Assembly (NCBI GenBank): GCA_963719425.1
Contig: OY970382.1
Location: 586,880-650,879 of the forward strand
Origin: an uncultured bacterium
Lineage (GTDB): Bacteria > Patescibacteriota > Minisyncoccia > UBA6257 > 2-01-FULL-56-20
DNA length: 64,000 nucleotides
Reading direction: 5' to 3'
The stretch's first letter is position 1. Every line of letters starts with the position of its first letter. The position numbers and the translations under genes were made by a program. The notes under the pieces were generated by a model. The model did not search any database, was not told the DNA's origin, and worked only from the letters and a program-made list of their open reading frames with translations. Positions 1 to 9,815 of this stretch are shown here, one piece after another.

Positions 1-301
1 CAGTCGTGCCCACGTTGTCGGTCACGCCGGGGAGAAACCCGATCTCAACCGCCCATGCGAACTTCTTTGGCGCCTCGGCGGAATTAATTACCGCTCGTTC
101 AACGAGCGGGTTTTCAAAGAGTGCGGCGACTCCCTTGCGCTCCTTTGCCGTGAGCGGCATGTCCACCACGTATGAATCCGCGAGCGCGACGCCAGCGATC
201 CTCCCTTTGAAACCGCGGTCTTCAAACTGCCGCCGATACACCTCGGCCCGCGTGTCAGGTACTTTGTATCTGACATCAATGCGCACAGCCATTGCTTCCA
301 T
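1..301 (-). CDS. purL: Phosphoribosylformylglycinamidine synthase, N-terminal part (runs off window start)
   Basis: Manual translation MEAMAVRIDVRY...FAWAVEIGFLPGVTDNVGTT; the PGVTDN motif is typical of the PurL N-terminal region; not in the ORF track because it is truncated. Confidence 0.7.
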   Translation of the reverse strand, partial: MEAMAVRIDVRYKVPDTRAEVYRRQFEDRGFKGRIAGVALADSYVVDMPLTAKERKGVAALFENPLVERAVINSAEAPKKFAWAVEIGFLPGVTDNVGTT

Positions 302-454
302 AATAACGTCCCCGCCAAACACGCGCAATACTCTGCTATGCCTGTCTTAGAGCACCACCCACGCACCCCGGGTGACAAACTAAGAAAGGGAGGGGGTCCT
401 CGGAAATAGCATGGCTGCGTGCGCGAAGATCCCCTCAAAATTATGGGTGCCCCA

Positions 455-739
455 TCAGGCGCAGATTCTCGGAGAACGCGGAATCGTACGGGCGAAAAGT
501 TTACCAATAGGAATCGCAGCTCCTTTAACTTCAACCCGGTGGCCATTAAAGACGTACGTCGCAGGAATGACGGTCCTTGCTTCAGAAGCCCAGGGTCCGC
601 CAGCCACGATGGCACTCTCCTTGTGAACGTACGCCTGGCTCAACTCCGAGTAAGATGCCCATTTGAAGTCCCGGTTGAGATACTTCCCTTCCCCTTTTAA
701 AACGATGAAGCCGTCTGCACTTCCCACGCTTCCGTTCAT
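455..739 (-). CDS. Small hypothetical protein
   Basis: ORF with GGAGGG SD-like sequence just upstream of ATG 739 and a TTGACA-17-TAAACT promoter at 816-788. Confidence 0.5.
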   Translation of the reverse strand: MNGSVGSADGFIVLKGEGKYLNRDFKWASYSELSQAYVHKESAIVAGGPWASEARTVIPATYVFNGHRVEVKGAAIPIGKLFARTIPRSPRICA

Positions 740-787
740 ACTTCCCTCCAAAGATGGTGTCGGACACTCTTGCTGCCCGCTGCCAAA

Positions 788-816
788 AGTTTAATCGGGC
801 GGACTTTGCATGTCAA
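788..816 (-). promoter_or_regulatory. Sigma70-type promoter
   Basis: TTGACA (816-811), 17-nt spacer, TAAACT (793-788) on minus strand. Confidence 0.6.
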
Positions 817-841
817 CAAAATCGGGTACAATAATACTGCT

Positions 842-1429
842 ATGGGGAACAACAGCGAACCAAGGGAGGGATTGCCACCGAACGCGCGCATGGTCTTTAA
901 GGGCGAAATTTTTGAGGTGTGGCAGTGGGAACAGAGGATGTTTGATGGAACGACGGAAATTTTTGAAAAAGTGTGGCGGCCGCCGACGGTAGAGGTCATA
1001 GCGGCGGTCGGCGACAAAATACTCATTGAAGAACAGGATCAACCCGACCATTCGCACTATATAAATTTGCCAAGCGGCAGAATTGACAATGAAAAAGCTC
1101 CGCTCGCAGAAGCAAAGCGGGAATTACTTGAAGAAACCGGCTACGAATCGGATGACTGGCAATCATTCATGCACAACAACAATAGAGGAAAGGTACTGCA
1201 TGACGGTTATTACTTCGTCGCAAGGAATTGCAAAAAGACGCGCGAGCCGAAGCTTGACGCGGGGGAAAAGATAACAACAAGGTTCATCACGTTCGACGAG
1301 CTTCTCGCGCTTGCCGACGAACCCCACTTCTGGGCCTTTCCCGAGTTCGTTACTTATCTCCTCCAGCTGCGGCTTGACCCCGCGAAGAAACAGGAATTCA
1401 AATCGCTGCTCTTCACTTATACACATTGA
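842..1429 (+). CDS. NUDIX hydrolase (ADP-ribose pyrophosphatase-like)
   Basis: Nudix box PSGRIDNEKAPLAEAKRELLEETGY; LDAGEKI motif. Confidence 0.85.
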   Translation: MGNNSEPREGLPPNARMVFKGEIFEVWQWEQRMFDGTTEIFEKVWRPPTVEVIAAVGDKILIEEQDQPDHSHYINLPSGRIDNEKAPLAEAKRELLEETGYESDDWQSFMHNNNRGKVLHDGYYFVARNCKKTREPKLDAGEKITTRFITFDELLALADEPHFWAFPEFVTYLLQLRLDPAKKQEFKSLLFTYTH

Positions 1430-1482
1430 CGCCGTAGCCAGTACGCTGTTATAGATTTTATTAGGAGAGGAGGTGATCACGA

Positions 1483-1836
1483 ATGCTGATCGCCAAAAAT
1501 GAGCGGGAGATGGAAGGGATCATCATATTTGATACCGGCATCATCCGTGCTGCAGACATAAACGGTGAAGTTCCCCTCCGTTGCAGGCTAGGTGACTGCT
1601 TGGCAGGTGGCAGAACGAAAGTGATTTTAAATCTCACCAATTGCCCCCGCCTTGGAGGCGAAGAAATCGGCGACCTCGCCGCCATAATCGCGGTCGTACG
1701 CAGTCCCGGCGGTAAGCTGAGATTAATTGTGGGGAGAAGAGTCTACGATTCGCTTCAGCTCAACAATCTCCTCACCGTCTTCGATGTTAATACTGACGAG
1801 GAGGCAGCGGTGAGAAACCTCAGGGATCAATGGTAG
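1483..1836 (+). CDS. STAS-domain anti-sigma-factor antagonist-like protein
   Basis: KVILNLTNCPRLGGEEIGDL...GGKLRL...LLTVFDV..DEEAAV STAS pattern; strong SD AGGAGGT. Confidence 0.7.
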   Translation: MLIAKNEREMEGIIIFDTGIIRAADINGEVPLRCRLGDCLAGGRTKVILNLTNCPRLGGEEIGDLAAIIAVVRSPGGKLRLIVGRRVYDSLQLNNLLTVFDVNTDEEAAVRNLRDQW

Positions 1837-1978
1837 CGGGGGTACGCATTTCACACTTAAACTCAATGCATGCCCCCGCACTTCCTAAGTACGGAACGAC
1901 GGTTGCATCTTTAGGAAGAGTTGCGAAGTATTGACGATTGCGCCGCTATTTGCATATAGTGGTGGCAGGGAGGCAGTC

Positions 1979-2386
1979 ATGCCAAGCAAATTCATTAATT
2001 GTTGGACGTACCCACTTTCCGACCTTCTCCTTGCGGCGCTTTCCACCACTGGAAAGAATAACGATGGAGAAAAGCGGGAATTAGTGAAATTTCAAGTGAC
2101 AGCGCGGGACTTGGAAAACTTCACCCGGGAACATCACGAACTCCTGTGCTTATTACTAACAAGGGACGAATTCGAAACCGCGACAAGCGCCCTGACACTC
2201 CTCTGTCGAGCCGGTTATGTACTGGAACAGGCAGAGGTAGATGAATTCGTCGTGACCATCGAGGGATTCCAACGCGGCCAAGAGATAGTAAGTGAACATT
2301 TCAGCCGCCCGTTGGAACAGAGAGAAGATTTTGAGCGATTCTCCACCTCGTTTAACAAGCGGTTCGCTGTCGCGGGAAGTGAATGA
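1979..2386 (+). CDS. Hypothetical protein (possible winged-helix C-terminus)
   Basis: GGAGG SD, TTGACG-18-TATAGT promoter at 1931-1960, downstream hairpin. Confidence 0.55.
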   Translation: MPSKFINCWTYPLSDLLLAALSTTGKNNDGEKRELVKFQVTARDLENFTREHHELLCLLLTRDEFETATSALTLLCRAGYVLEQAEVDEFVVTIEGFQRGQEIVSEHFSRPLEQREDFERFSTSFNKRFAVAGSE

Positions 2387-2475
2387 GGTGAGGCCAATTA
2401 TAACCAGGCCCGTTGTGAGTTCGAACCTCCTACGGGCCGGGATCTTCTTTACGTACTATAATGAACACAAGTTGT

Positions 2476-3420
2476 ATGAAAAACATCGTCACTATTGGAG
2501 GCGGTACCGGCAGCTTTAATGTTTTGAGCACCCTCAAAGGATATCCGGTACATCTCACGGCCATCGTCACGATGTCGGATGACGGCGGCTCCACGGGCCT
2601 CCTGCGCGACCAATACGGAGTGCTCCCGCCGGGCGACGTGCGGAGGGCGCTCGTCGCCCTCTCGGAGTCAAGCGCCGTGATGCGCGACCTTTTCAATTAT
2701 CGGTTTGAGAATGGAGGACTTGAGGGGCACAGTTTCGGCAATCTCTTCATTGCGGCGCTTGAAAAGGTAACCGGCAATTTTTCGGCGGCCCTTAAGGAGG
2801 TATCGGGCATTTTGAACATACGGGGAGAAGTGGCGCCGGTGACGCTTGACAACATCCGCCTGTGCGCCCGCCTTCGGAACGGGGAGGTTATTCGCGGCGA
2901 AACGAACATTGATGTTCCCGGCGCCCCGCACCGCTCCCCGATAGAAAAAGTGTGGCTTGAGCCCACCGCGCGCATGAACCCAAACCTGCGGCGCATCATA
3001 AGGAACGCCGACCTCGTCGTGATTGGTCCGGGTGATCTCTACACGAGCATCGTGCCGAATTTGCTGGTCCGCGGCGTGCGGGAGGAAATCAAAAAATCAA
3101 AGGCGAAAAAAGTGTTTCTCTGTAACCTGATGACAAAACGGGGCGAAACGGACAATTTCACTGCGGAAGATTTCGTGAAAACGGTTGAGTGGTATCTCGG
3201 CAAGAACGTGCTTGATTTTGCGGTTTTCAACAAAAAGCGGCCACAGCGGCAGCTGCTCAAAAAATACGGAGAGGAAGGCGCGCGCTTTGTAACTCCGCCG
3301 AAGGGATCCACAAGAAGCCGCAAGCCCGTCTATCTCATCGCGGACGTTCTTGATAGTTCCCGCTTCATCCGCCACGGTTCGCCCAAAAAGCTCGGGAAGT
3401 TGCTTCTTTCCCTTCTCTAA
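2476..3420 (+). CDS. yvcK: YvcK/GlmR (UPF0052, CofD-like) family protein
   Basis: IGGGTG, DDGGSTG..R, PPGDVRR, GHSFGNL, GPGDLYTS motifs. Confidence 0.9.
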   Translation: MKNIVTIGGGTGSFNVLSTLKGYPVHLTAIVTMSDDGGSTGLLRDQYGVLPPGDVRRALVALSESSAVMRDLFNYRFENGGLEGHSFGNLFIAALEKVTGNFSAALKEVSGILNIRGEVAPVTLDNIRLCARLRNGEVIRGETNIDVPGAPHRSPIEKVWLEPTARMNPNLRRIIRNADLVVIGPGDLYTSIVPNLLVRGVREEIKKSKAKKVFLCNLMTKRGETDNFTAEDFVKTVEWYLGKNVLDFAVFNKKRPQRQLLKKYGEEGARFVTPPKGSTRSRKPVYLIADVLDSSRFIRHGSPKKLGKLLLSLL

Positions 3421-3431
3421 ACGAAAATACC

Positions 3432-4223
3432 TTACGCGAGGAGCACTCCTCCATCAACCACGATCTGGCTTCCCGTCATATAGGAAGACATGTCGGAAGC
3501 GAGGAAAAGCGCGACTTTGCCGATGTCATCCGGTTCTCCCATCCGCTTCATGGGAATCCTTGCAAGAAAGTTCGCAAGCGTCTTGGTCATATCAACACCC
3601 CCGGGCGCCTGCGCCGTTTTTTGCATTCCGGTGGCCCCGGGCGTCGCGATCCCTCCCGGCGCGATCGCATTCACCCAAATGCGGTGCGGCGCGAGTTCCA
3701 ACGCCACGTTCTTTGTAAATCCCCACACGCCGTGCTTTGAAGCATCGTAGTGCGCAAGGCCGATGGATGAGGGATGCAGAGCATCAATGGAAGTAATGTT
3801 GATGATTTTCCCTCCGCGCCCCTGCGCGATCATCCGCTCGGCGACTTTTTTCGTGCACAAAAACACGCTCTTCAGATTGACGGCAAGCACCCGGTCAAAA
3901 TCGGCGGCGGCCATATTCATCACAAGAATGCTTGGATAGATGCCCGCATTGTTCACGAGAATATCCACGCCGCCGAACGCCTCCGCCGCTTTCGCTACCA
4001 TGCGCTCCACGTCCGCCTCATTGGACACATCCGTCTGCACCGCGTCCGCCTTCCAACCGTCCGTGAGAAGTTCCTGCTTCGCTTTCTCCACGTTCTCGGC
4101 ATTCACGTCCGCGAGGAGTACGTTCGCTCCCGCTTCCGCCAACCGGCGGCTGATCCCCCAGCCGATGCCCACCGCCCCGCCCGTCACGATTGCAGTTTTT
4201 CCCGAAAGATTGAGTAGTTCCAT
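3432..4223 (-). CDS. Short-chain dehydrogenase/reductase
   Basis: TGGAVGIG, NNAG, YDASK catalytic motif, VDGG end. Confidence 0.92.
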   Translation of the reverse strand: MELLNLSGKTAIVTGGAVGIGWGISRRLAEAGANVLLADVNAENVEKAKQELLTDGWKADAVQTDVSNEADVERMVAKAAEAFGGVDILVNNAGIYPSILVMNMAAADFDRVLAVNLKSVFLCTKKVAERMIAQGRGGKIINITSIDALHPSSIGLAHYDASKHGVWGFTKNVALELAPHRIWVNAIAPGGIATPGATGMQKTAQAPGGVDMTKTLANFLARIPMKRMGEPDDIGKVALFLASDMSSYMTGSQIVVDGGVLLA

Positions 4224-4295
4224 AGGATTGCCATTTATTGTAGCACAATTTATTGCAACACAATGCCCGCGGCCGAAAAGTGGTATAATGGTAAT

Positions 4296-4514
4296 GTGCA
4301 GAAAAGGGATGCCATCTATGACGCGGAGAAGCTTGCCAGGTTTTTCGGCGTCACAAAAAAGACGGTGTGGGATTGGTGCAAGCACGGCAAGCTCCCCGGC
4401 TTCAAGATTGGAAAACAATGGAAGGTGCGCGTGGCGGATTTGCAAAAGATGATTGACCGGAAAATACGACATCCGAAGGAAGGCGCGGCGCCGACGACTC
4501 CAAAATTGTTTTAA
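4296..4514 (+). CDS. Excisionase/MerR-like HTH (HTH_17, BldC-like) DNA-binding protein
   Basis: LARFFGVTKKTVWDWCKHGKLPGFKIGKQWKV; TGGTATAAT just upstream of GTG. Confidence 0.85.
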   Translation: MQKRDAIYDAEKLARFFGVTKKTVWDWCKHGKLPGFKIGKQWKVRVADLQKMIDRKIRHPKEGAAPTTPKLF

Positions 4515-4551
4515 TTATTCTTAAAGGTCGGGGAAAACATTCATCATTTTT

Positions 4552-4701
4552 ATGTGGAAGCAGTGGATTAACTTCCTTCTTGGACTTCTTGTCATCATCT
4601 TCGCATATGCGACTCCGGGCCACACGCTGCGATTCGCCATCGCAGGACTTGTCATCGCGCTATTGTCGCTCTGGGCCGCGCTCGGCAAAAAGAGCGCGTA
4701 A
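4552..4701 (+). CDS. Small two-helix membrane protein (SPW-repeat-like), 49 aa
   Basis: Manual translation MWKQWINFLLGLLVIIFAYATPGHTLRFAIAGLVIALLSLWAALGKKSA, followed by a terminator; below the ORF track cutoff. Confidence 0.65.
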   Translation: MWKQWINFLLGLLVIIFAYATPGHTLRFAIAGLVIALLSLWAALGKKSA

Positions 4702-4709
4702 GCGTAAGG

Positions 4710-4732
4710 AACGCCCCGAAAGGGGCGTTTTT
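4710..4732 (+). terminator. Intrinsic terminator
   Basis: AACGCCCC-GAAA-GGGGCGTT followed by T-run. Confidence 0.8.
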
Positions 4733-4770
4733 GATTGCCACGGATCACCTGCTCTCTCAAAAATAAACCG

Positions 4771-5418
4771 CTACGAACTCACGGCGGACTTCAAGAGCGC
4801 GTAATCCGCGCGGAAAAGATTTTTCGCAATGTGAAAGACGCCGAACGCGATGAAAAGCGCGGAGAACACGTCTATGGAATAGTGGAGATGCCCAAGGAGC
4901 ACGGAAACGCCGCCGATCGTGGTGAATGCGAAGAAAAGGTATCGTAAATATTTTTCGTCCCAAAAGACGAAGGCGAGCATAAAGGGCAATCCGGCATGCG
5001 CCGAAAAGAAGAGATCGTCGCCGGAGCTAAATCTATAGAAGAAATCGGTAGTATCAAGGTAGGAATGCACCTCTGGCGGCGCGATATGAGTAAGCACCAT
5101 AAAGATAGAACGAATGAGCGTAAAGAGGGCGATGCTTTTCAATACAAAAGGGATTCGCCGCGGCTCGTAAAAAATAATGAGAAGTACGAGGACATAGAAA
5201 ATAGTGGCTCCCTCCGTGAAGACAAAATCAACGTTTACGACAGGAATATTATCCAAGATAATGTCCGTGACGGTATTTGACGCATGCGTCACCGTAAAAA
5301 TATTCGCGTAATACGTTGCGAAGAGCGCAGCCCCATAAAATATCACACCGAAAATCACCCCGACAAGGAAGCTCTTTTTTGTCCAAATGCCTCTATGTTT
5401 TCGTATGAATCTCTCCAT
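4771..5418 (-). CDS. PAP2-superfamily membrane protein (sphingomyelin/IPC synthase-like C-terminal domain)
   Basis: DLFFSAH and HLHYSIDV motifs, multiple TM helices. Confidence 0.75.
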   Translation of the reverse strand: MERFIRKHRGIWTKKSFLVGVIFGVIFYGAALFATYYANIFTVTHASNTVTDIILDNIPVVNVDFVFTEGATIFYVLVLLIIFYEPRRIPFVLKSIALFTLIRSIFMVLTHIAPPEVHSYLDTTDFFYRFSSGDDLFFSAHAGLPFMLAFVFWDEKYLRYLFFAFTTIGGVSVLLGHLHYSIDVFSALFIAFGVFHIAKNLFRADYALLKSAVSS

Positions 5419-7343
5419 TAGCGAACGTGAAGTTTCGCCTCGCGCACAAGTCCGGCCACAATCACATCCATATCCATCGTCGCCACCGCGACGAACTTGT
5501 CAGCTCCCCCGTAATACACGTAGAGCTGATGCTTCATCATAACCGCCCCGCAGGGAAATACAACATTCGGGACCACGCCCTCCTTTTCGTAAGACATCTC
5601 GGGCTCCAAGAGCGGGTCGTGCGTCCGATAAAGCACGAGAGAAGGATCTTTGGCATCAAGCAGCGCGGCGCGGATATTGTAATGGTTCGTGCGGCGCGAA
5701 ATGCCATGATAGAAAAGCAGCCATCCATATTCGGTTTCCAAGGGCGGCGAGGTGCCGCCAATTCGCTTTGAATCCCATTCGCTTGCGCGCGGCTGCATAA
5801 GAATCTTTCCGCCGAGGAATTTTGTCTCGCCGTCAAAATTCAAATCATCCACCGAATCAATCCAAATATCCGATCCAAGGCGATGCAAGAACCAATATTT
5901 CCCGGCAATCTTTTTGGGAAAGAGCGCTGCGTCTTTGTCGTCAAGGCCCAGCGGGGAGATCAAAACCGGCTTTGTCCAGTTCCATTTATGATCATCAAAA
6001 TCTCGCGCGCTAATGGAGGTGAACGCCACGCGCGGAGGGTTCTTCCCATCAAACGCGGTGTAGCACATATAGATCGTATCCTTTATTTGCGTAAGCCGCG
6101 GATCCTCGCAACCGGAATTGCTGCCCGGCATGAGCTTTTGCTCAAAACCTTCGCGTGGTGTGTAAATCGGATCCTGGAGCCGCTTTGCGATATGCACGCC
6201 ATCCACCGAGCTTGCGTATCCGATGACCGACGTATTGTCGTTGGACATCGCGCGGTAGAGAATCCGCACTTTCCCGTCCAAAAATATTGCCCCGGGGTTG
6301 AAGGTCGCCTTCGCTTCCCATGCATGCTCCTTGACCGGCGCGATGATGGGATTGCCTTCAAAACGGATGAGTTCCCGCCGTCTCGTGAAGACCAGTTGCG
6401 CCAAAAGGTCATTGAGCGGCAGCACTGCGGCACAAGAAACAGTATCTGCGGCGCCATAGTACAGGTATGCTTCCTTCTCGCGGATGAGCGCGCCTGACGG
6501 GAACACGGCATGCGGCACGCGCCCGTAGCACTCATATTCCTCTTCTGGCACAAGAAACGGCCGTTTCACCTCGCCAACGATTTTTTGGGGGTTCTTGAGA
6601 TCCAACAGCGCCGCCTGCACCCCGAAGATCGCCGGCGGCGAAAAGTAATTGTAAATATAGGAATAAAAAACGAACCAGCCGTCTTCGGTTTTTAGTGGCG
6701 CCGAGCCGACCTCCACTTGGTCCTTCTCCAAGTTTTCTTCAATGTCAATGACATGGCTTTTCCAATCGGCGTACCACGCGTTCCAATATTTTTCCGACCA
6801 AATGTCTTCAATGCGATCAAAAAGCGCAAAGCAGATCTTCGCCGGCGGCCGATCGGTGTTCACCGTAAGCATCGCCGCGATCTTGCCCTGGACACGCTCC
6901 GGAAAAAGCGCCATCGCCTTCGCGTTGAAAGGCGTCACAAGATGCTTCTCTTGTATCGTCCTGCAATCGTCGGTGATTGCGACGGCCACCTTGATGCCGT
7001 CCGCGGAAAATTCCCTGACCGCCGTGTAAAAAATATAGTGTTTTCCTTCGAACGTCGTCGCGCGGGGGTCTTCGCAGCCGTAGCGTTCCCAATCATGCTC
7101 CGGACCGAAGAGCCGCTCACGGTTCTTGAAATGAACGCCGTCCTCGCTTACCGCGTGGCCGATCACAGAAACTTCCACTTCGCGGTCTCCCATTTTTTGC
7201 CTCGCGCCCGTCGCGCGATAGAGCATGTGAATCAGGCCGCCTTCCGTGACGACGCACGGATTGTACGCGGCGACGGATTCCCACCCTGACTGCGGGTCGG
7301 GTGAAAGCACCGGATTTTCGGATAAACGCCTAACGAGCGGCAT
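5418..7343 (-). CDS. Tandem two-domain GH130-family glycoside phosphorylase/hydrolase
   Basis: Two repeats of NP..YRA..GCEDPR..VF..GA..YYG(A/G)AD; start MPLVRR overlaps upstream gene end. Confidence 0.85.
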   Translation of the reverse strand: MPLVRRLSENPVLSPDPQSGWESVAAYNPCVVTEGGLIHMLYRATGARQKMGDREVEVSVIGHAVSEDGVHFKNRERLFGPEHDWERYGCEDPRATTFEGKHYIFYTAVREFSADGIKVAVAITDDCRTIQEKHLVTPFNAKAMALFPERVQGKIAAMLTVNTDRPPAKICFALFDRIEDIWSEKYWNAWYADWKSHVIDIEENLEKDQVEVGSAPLKTEDGWFVFYSYIYNYFSPPAIFGVQAALLDLKNPQKIVGEVKRPFLVPEEEYECYGRVPHAVFPSGALIREKEAYLYYGAADTVSCAAVLPLNDLLAQLVFTRRRELIRFEGNPIIAPVKEHAWEAKATFNPGAIFLDGKVRILYRAMSNDNTSVIGYASSVDGVHIAKRLQDPIYTPREGFEQKLMPGSNSGCEDPRLTQIKDTIYMCYTAFDGKNPPRVAFTSISARDFDDHKWNWTKPVLISPLGLDDKDAALFPKKIAGKYWFLHRLGSDIWIDSVDDLNFDGETKFLGGKILMQPRASEWDSKRIGGTSPPLETEYGWLLFYHGISRRTNHYNIRAALLDAKDPSLVLYRTHDPLLEPEMSYEKEGVVPNVVFPCGAVMMKHQLYVYYGGADKFVAVATMDMDVIVAGLVREAKLHVR

Positions 7344-8520
7344 TGCGTAACCTTGGAGCACCGTAGCGCTTGAGTCCCCTGAGAAACGTATCAAGTTTGG
7401 CCATTGCGACGCAGACCACGGAATCTCCTCCACCGTAGTACACATAAAGCTCGCCGTCTTTCGCGACCGCGCCGCAGGAATACACAACGCCGGATTTGAA
7501 CCCACCGTTCTCGTAATGCATATCCGGCTCCAAGACCGGCACCCGCGCGCGATATAAAACCTTCGTGGGATCTTTGAGGTCAAGGATCATCGCGCCGATT
7601 TTGTAGCGATCGGGGTCACGCACATCCATCGCGTGATAGAAAAGCAACCATCCCAGCTTCGTCTTTATGGGCGGCGGCCCCGCGCCGCGGATCCAGCTGT
7701 CCCAACCCCCTGTGCGCGAAACGCGGTCATAATGGCTTTGGATGACTACTTCCTCATTTTCCAATTTTTCCAAGCTGTCAAAATATTCAATTTCAACGCG
7801 CGGCGAAATACTGTGCAAAATGGCGAACTTGCCGTTGATCTTTTCAGGGAAGAGCACCCAGTTTTTGTGAATTTCTCCGGGTGGAGAGATGAGCGCCGGC
7901 TCCTTCCACGTCCAGCGCTTTTTCAAAAAATCTTCCAAACTGATGGAGGACAACGCGATGCGGATAGAGCCCCAGCCGTCAAACGCGGTATACATAAGGT
8001 ACACGGTATTGTGAAGAAGCGTGAGGCGGGGATCCTCGCAGCCACCGTTCCATCCCCCACCCGAGGAGTACGTGAGGGGTGAAACGGACACCTCGGGCAG
8101 CGGCTTCTTGCGGCTCACGGGGACAAATGCAGGTCGCTCTAAACGCTCCGCAATTGTCACCCCATCGTCGCTTCGCGCATATCCCAATACTGACATGTCG
8201 TCCCCCCCGATGGCGCGGTAGAGAAGATGCACGCGCCGATCCGCGTACACCGCACCAGGATTGAACGTTGCTTTCATTTCCCAATATCGCCCTTCGTGCG
8301 GCGAGAGGATCGGATTATGCTCGTGCCGCATAAGTTGATGGGGTTTTGCGCGCGCCCGTTCTTTCTTTTCCCTCCGCGCCCGCGCGAGCGCCGCGCGGCG
8401 CAAGGTTCGCAGCAATGCGGCGTGATGGAAATTAGATTTTTTTGTGCGGCCTCGCCGAACACGCTTTCCGGGAGAAGCGCCGGCGGACTTTTTTCTGATT
8501 GCTTTGCGGAGCAGCGGCAT
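7330..8520 (-). CDS. GH130-family glycosidase with basic N-terminal extension
   Basis: FNPGA, YRA, GCEDPR, HKNWVLFPEKINGK, YYGGGD. Confidence 0.85.
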   Translation of the reverse strand: MPLLRKAIRKKSAGASPGKRVRRGRTKKSNFHHAALLRTLRRAALARARREKKERARAKPHQLMRHEHNPILSPHEGRYWEMKATFNPGAVYADRRVHLLYRAIGGDDMSVLGYARSDDGVTIAERLERPAFVPVSRKKPLPEVSVSPLTYSSGGGWNGGCEDPRLTLLHNTVYLMYTAFDGWGSIRIALSSISLEDFLKKRWTWKEPALISPPGEIHKNWVLFPEKINGKFAILHSISPRVEIEYFDSLEKLENEEVVIQSHYDRVSRTGGWDSWIRGAGPPPIKTKLGWLLFYHAMDVRDPDRYKIGAMILDLKDPTKVLYRARVPVLEPDMHYENGGFKSGVVYSCGAVAKDGELYVYYGGGDSVVCVAMAKLDTFLRGLKRYGAPRLRNAAR

Positions 8521-8607
8521 TGTATTAGCGATACCAAAACATGGGGATGAAAAACCCCCGACCTTATTTACAATTATACACTACACAGTACGCCGCGGAG
8601 GCCCCTC

Positions 8608-9807
8608 TTAGTGCATAAGGCCCCACGTCGCGGGGTCCAAATCCCCATCCGCCTTAAAAAGCATTGCTCCGCGAAGCCCGTATTTCTTGGCTAATGCAAT
8701 CTTATCCGCCGTTGATTGCGCATCGCTGAAGGAGACAAAAAAAGTAGTGGAGGCATTGGGATTTGTCGTCACGAGTGCGGTAGGAAGCGTGGAAGCGACA
8801 ATGGAAGTCAAGCTGGGATCGGCATCTATGTGTGTGCTGGAAGCAAAAGTGAAACTCAACTCACCGGCATTATTGCGGTACGGCGCGATGCCCAAACTGT
8901 CCGCCCGGTCCATCGCCTGGAAAAACGTAAAGCTGCGCACCCTCTCGTACGTGGTCGCCCCCATGTTCCATGAAACCTGATATTCGTAACCGTAGGTCGG
9001 GATGCCGAGTATAACTTTTTTCGGGCTAATCGTCGTGATCGTATTCTTGATCACTTTTTCCACCCATGCCGGATCCGCGGTCGGCGCGTAGAGTGTGCCG
9101 TTCCCTTTTGACGCATCAAGTTTGACGTCAATCGTTCCTTGGTCGTAGGCCATGACGCGCACCTCGTCGCAATATTTATTGAGCACGGCGTAATCTTCCG
9201 CATATTGGACCGTAGGTAATGGGTTTGAATCATAGAGTGAACTCACGGGTGTTCGCGGCAGAACGGTACAGGCAAGCGCCTTGTTCGCCGGGTGCAACCG
9301 GAGTGCGAGCCCATAGATAAAAAGAGAATAATACGGCTTCGTGCTGGATGACATTCCTTCAAAATCAATATCAATCCCGTCAAATTTTTCCGATTTCACA
9401 AGCGTGGCAATCGTATCCTCTTCCGCTTGGCGTTTCTTAGTATTGGAGAGCAGCTTATAAATGTTTGTGGTGTCAAACCAAGCAATGGTGGGAATGATCT
9501 TCACGCCCGCGTCGCGGACGGCACCGAACCACGCGTCCCATGAACCGTTGCCGATGTTGAGGTCGTCAATCAATGCGCCGCTTGAATTCAGTTCATAGGA
9601 AAACGGGCTCACCTCGTGAAGGGTGCTAAGGTTCACCGCGATGTTCGCCGCACCATTTTGGCTCTCCCAAAACGGCAGCCAGACGCCGTAGTAGAATGGC
9701 GTCTTTGCGGCCGCGTGCGCCGTTGCCATCCCTGCCGCACCCGAGAAAATTGCGGCCGGAACCGCAAGGATCGCTATAAAAATTGTGGCGATGATTTTCG
9801 TTTTCAT
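8608..9807 (-). CDS. Secreted GH18 glycoside hydrolase (YaaH/SleL-like)
   Basis: Signal peptide, FDGIDIDFE catalytic motif, VMAYD, LGIPTYGY. Confidence 0.85.
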   Translation of the reverse strand: MKTKIIATIFIAILAVPAAIFSGAAGMATAHAAAKTPFYYGVWLPFWESQNGAANIAVNLSTLHEVSPFSYELNSSGALIDDLNIGNGSWDAWFGAVRDAGVKIIPTIAWFDTTNIYKLLSNTKKRQAEEDTIATLVKSEKFDGIDIDFEGMSSSTKPYYSLFIYGLALRLHPANKALACTVLPRTPVSSLYDSNPLPTVQYAEDYAVLNKYCDEVRVMAYDQGTIDVKLDASKGNGTLYAPTADPAWVEKVIKNTITTISPKKVILGIPTYGYEYQVSWNMGATTYERVRSFTFFQAMDRADSLGIAPYRNNAGELSFTFASSTHIDADPSLTSIVASTLPTALVTTNPNASTTFFVSFSDAQSTADKIALAKKYGLRGAMLFKADGDLDPATWGLMH

Positions 9808-9815
9808 GCTTGTTC

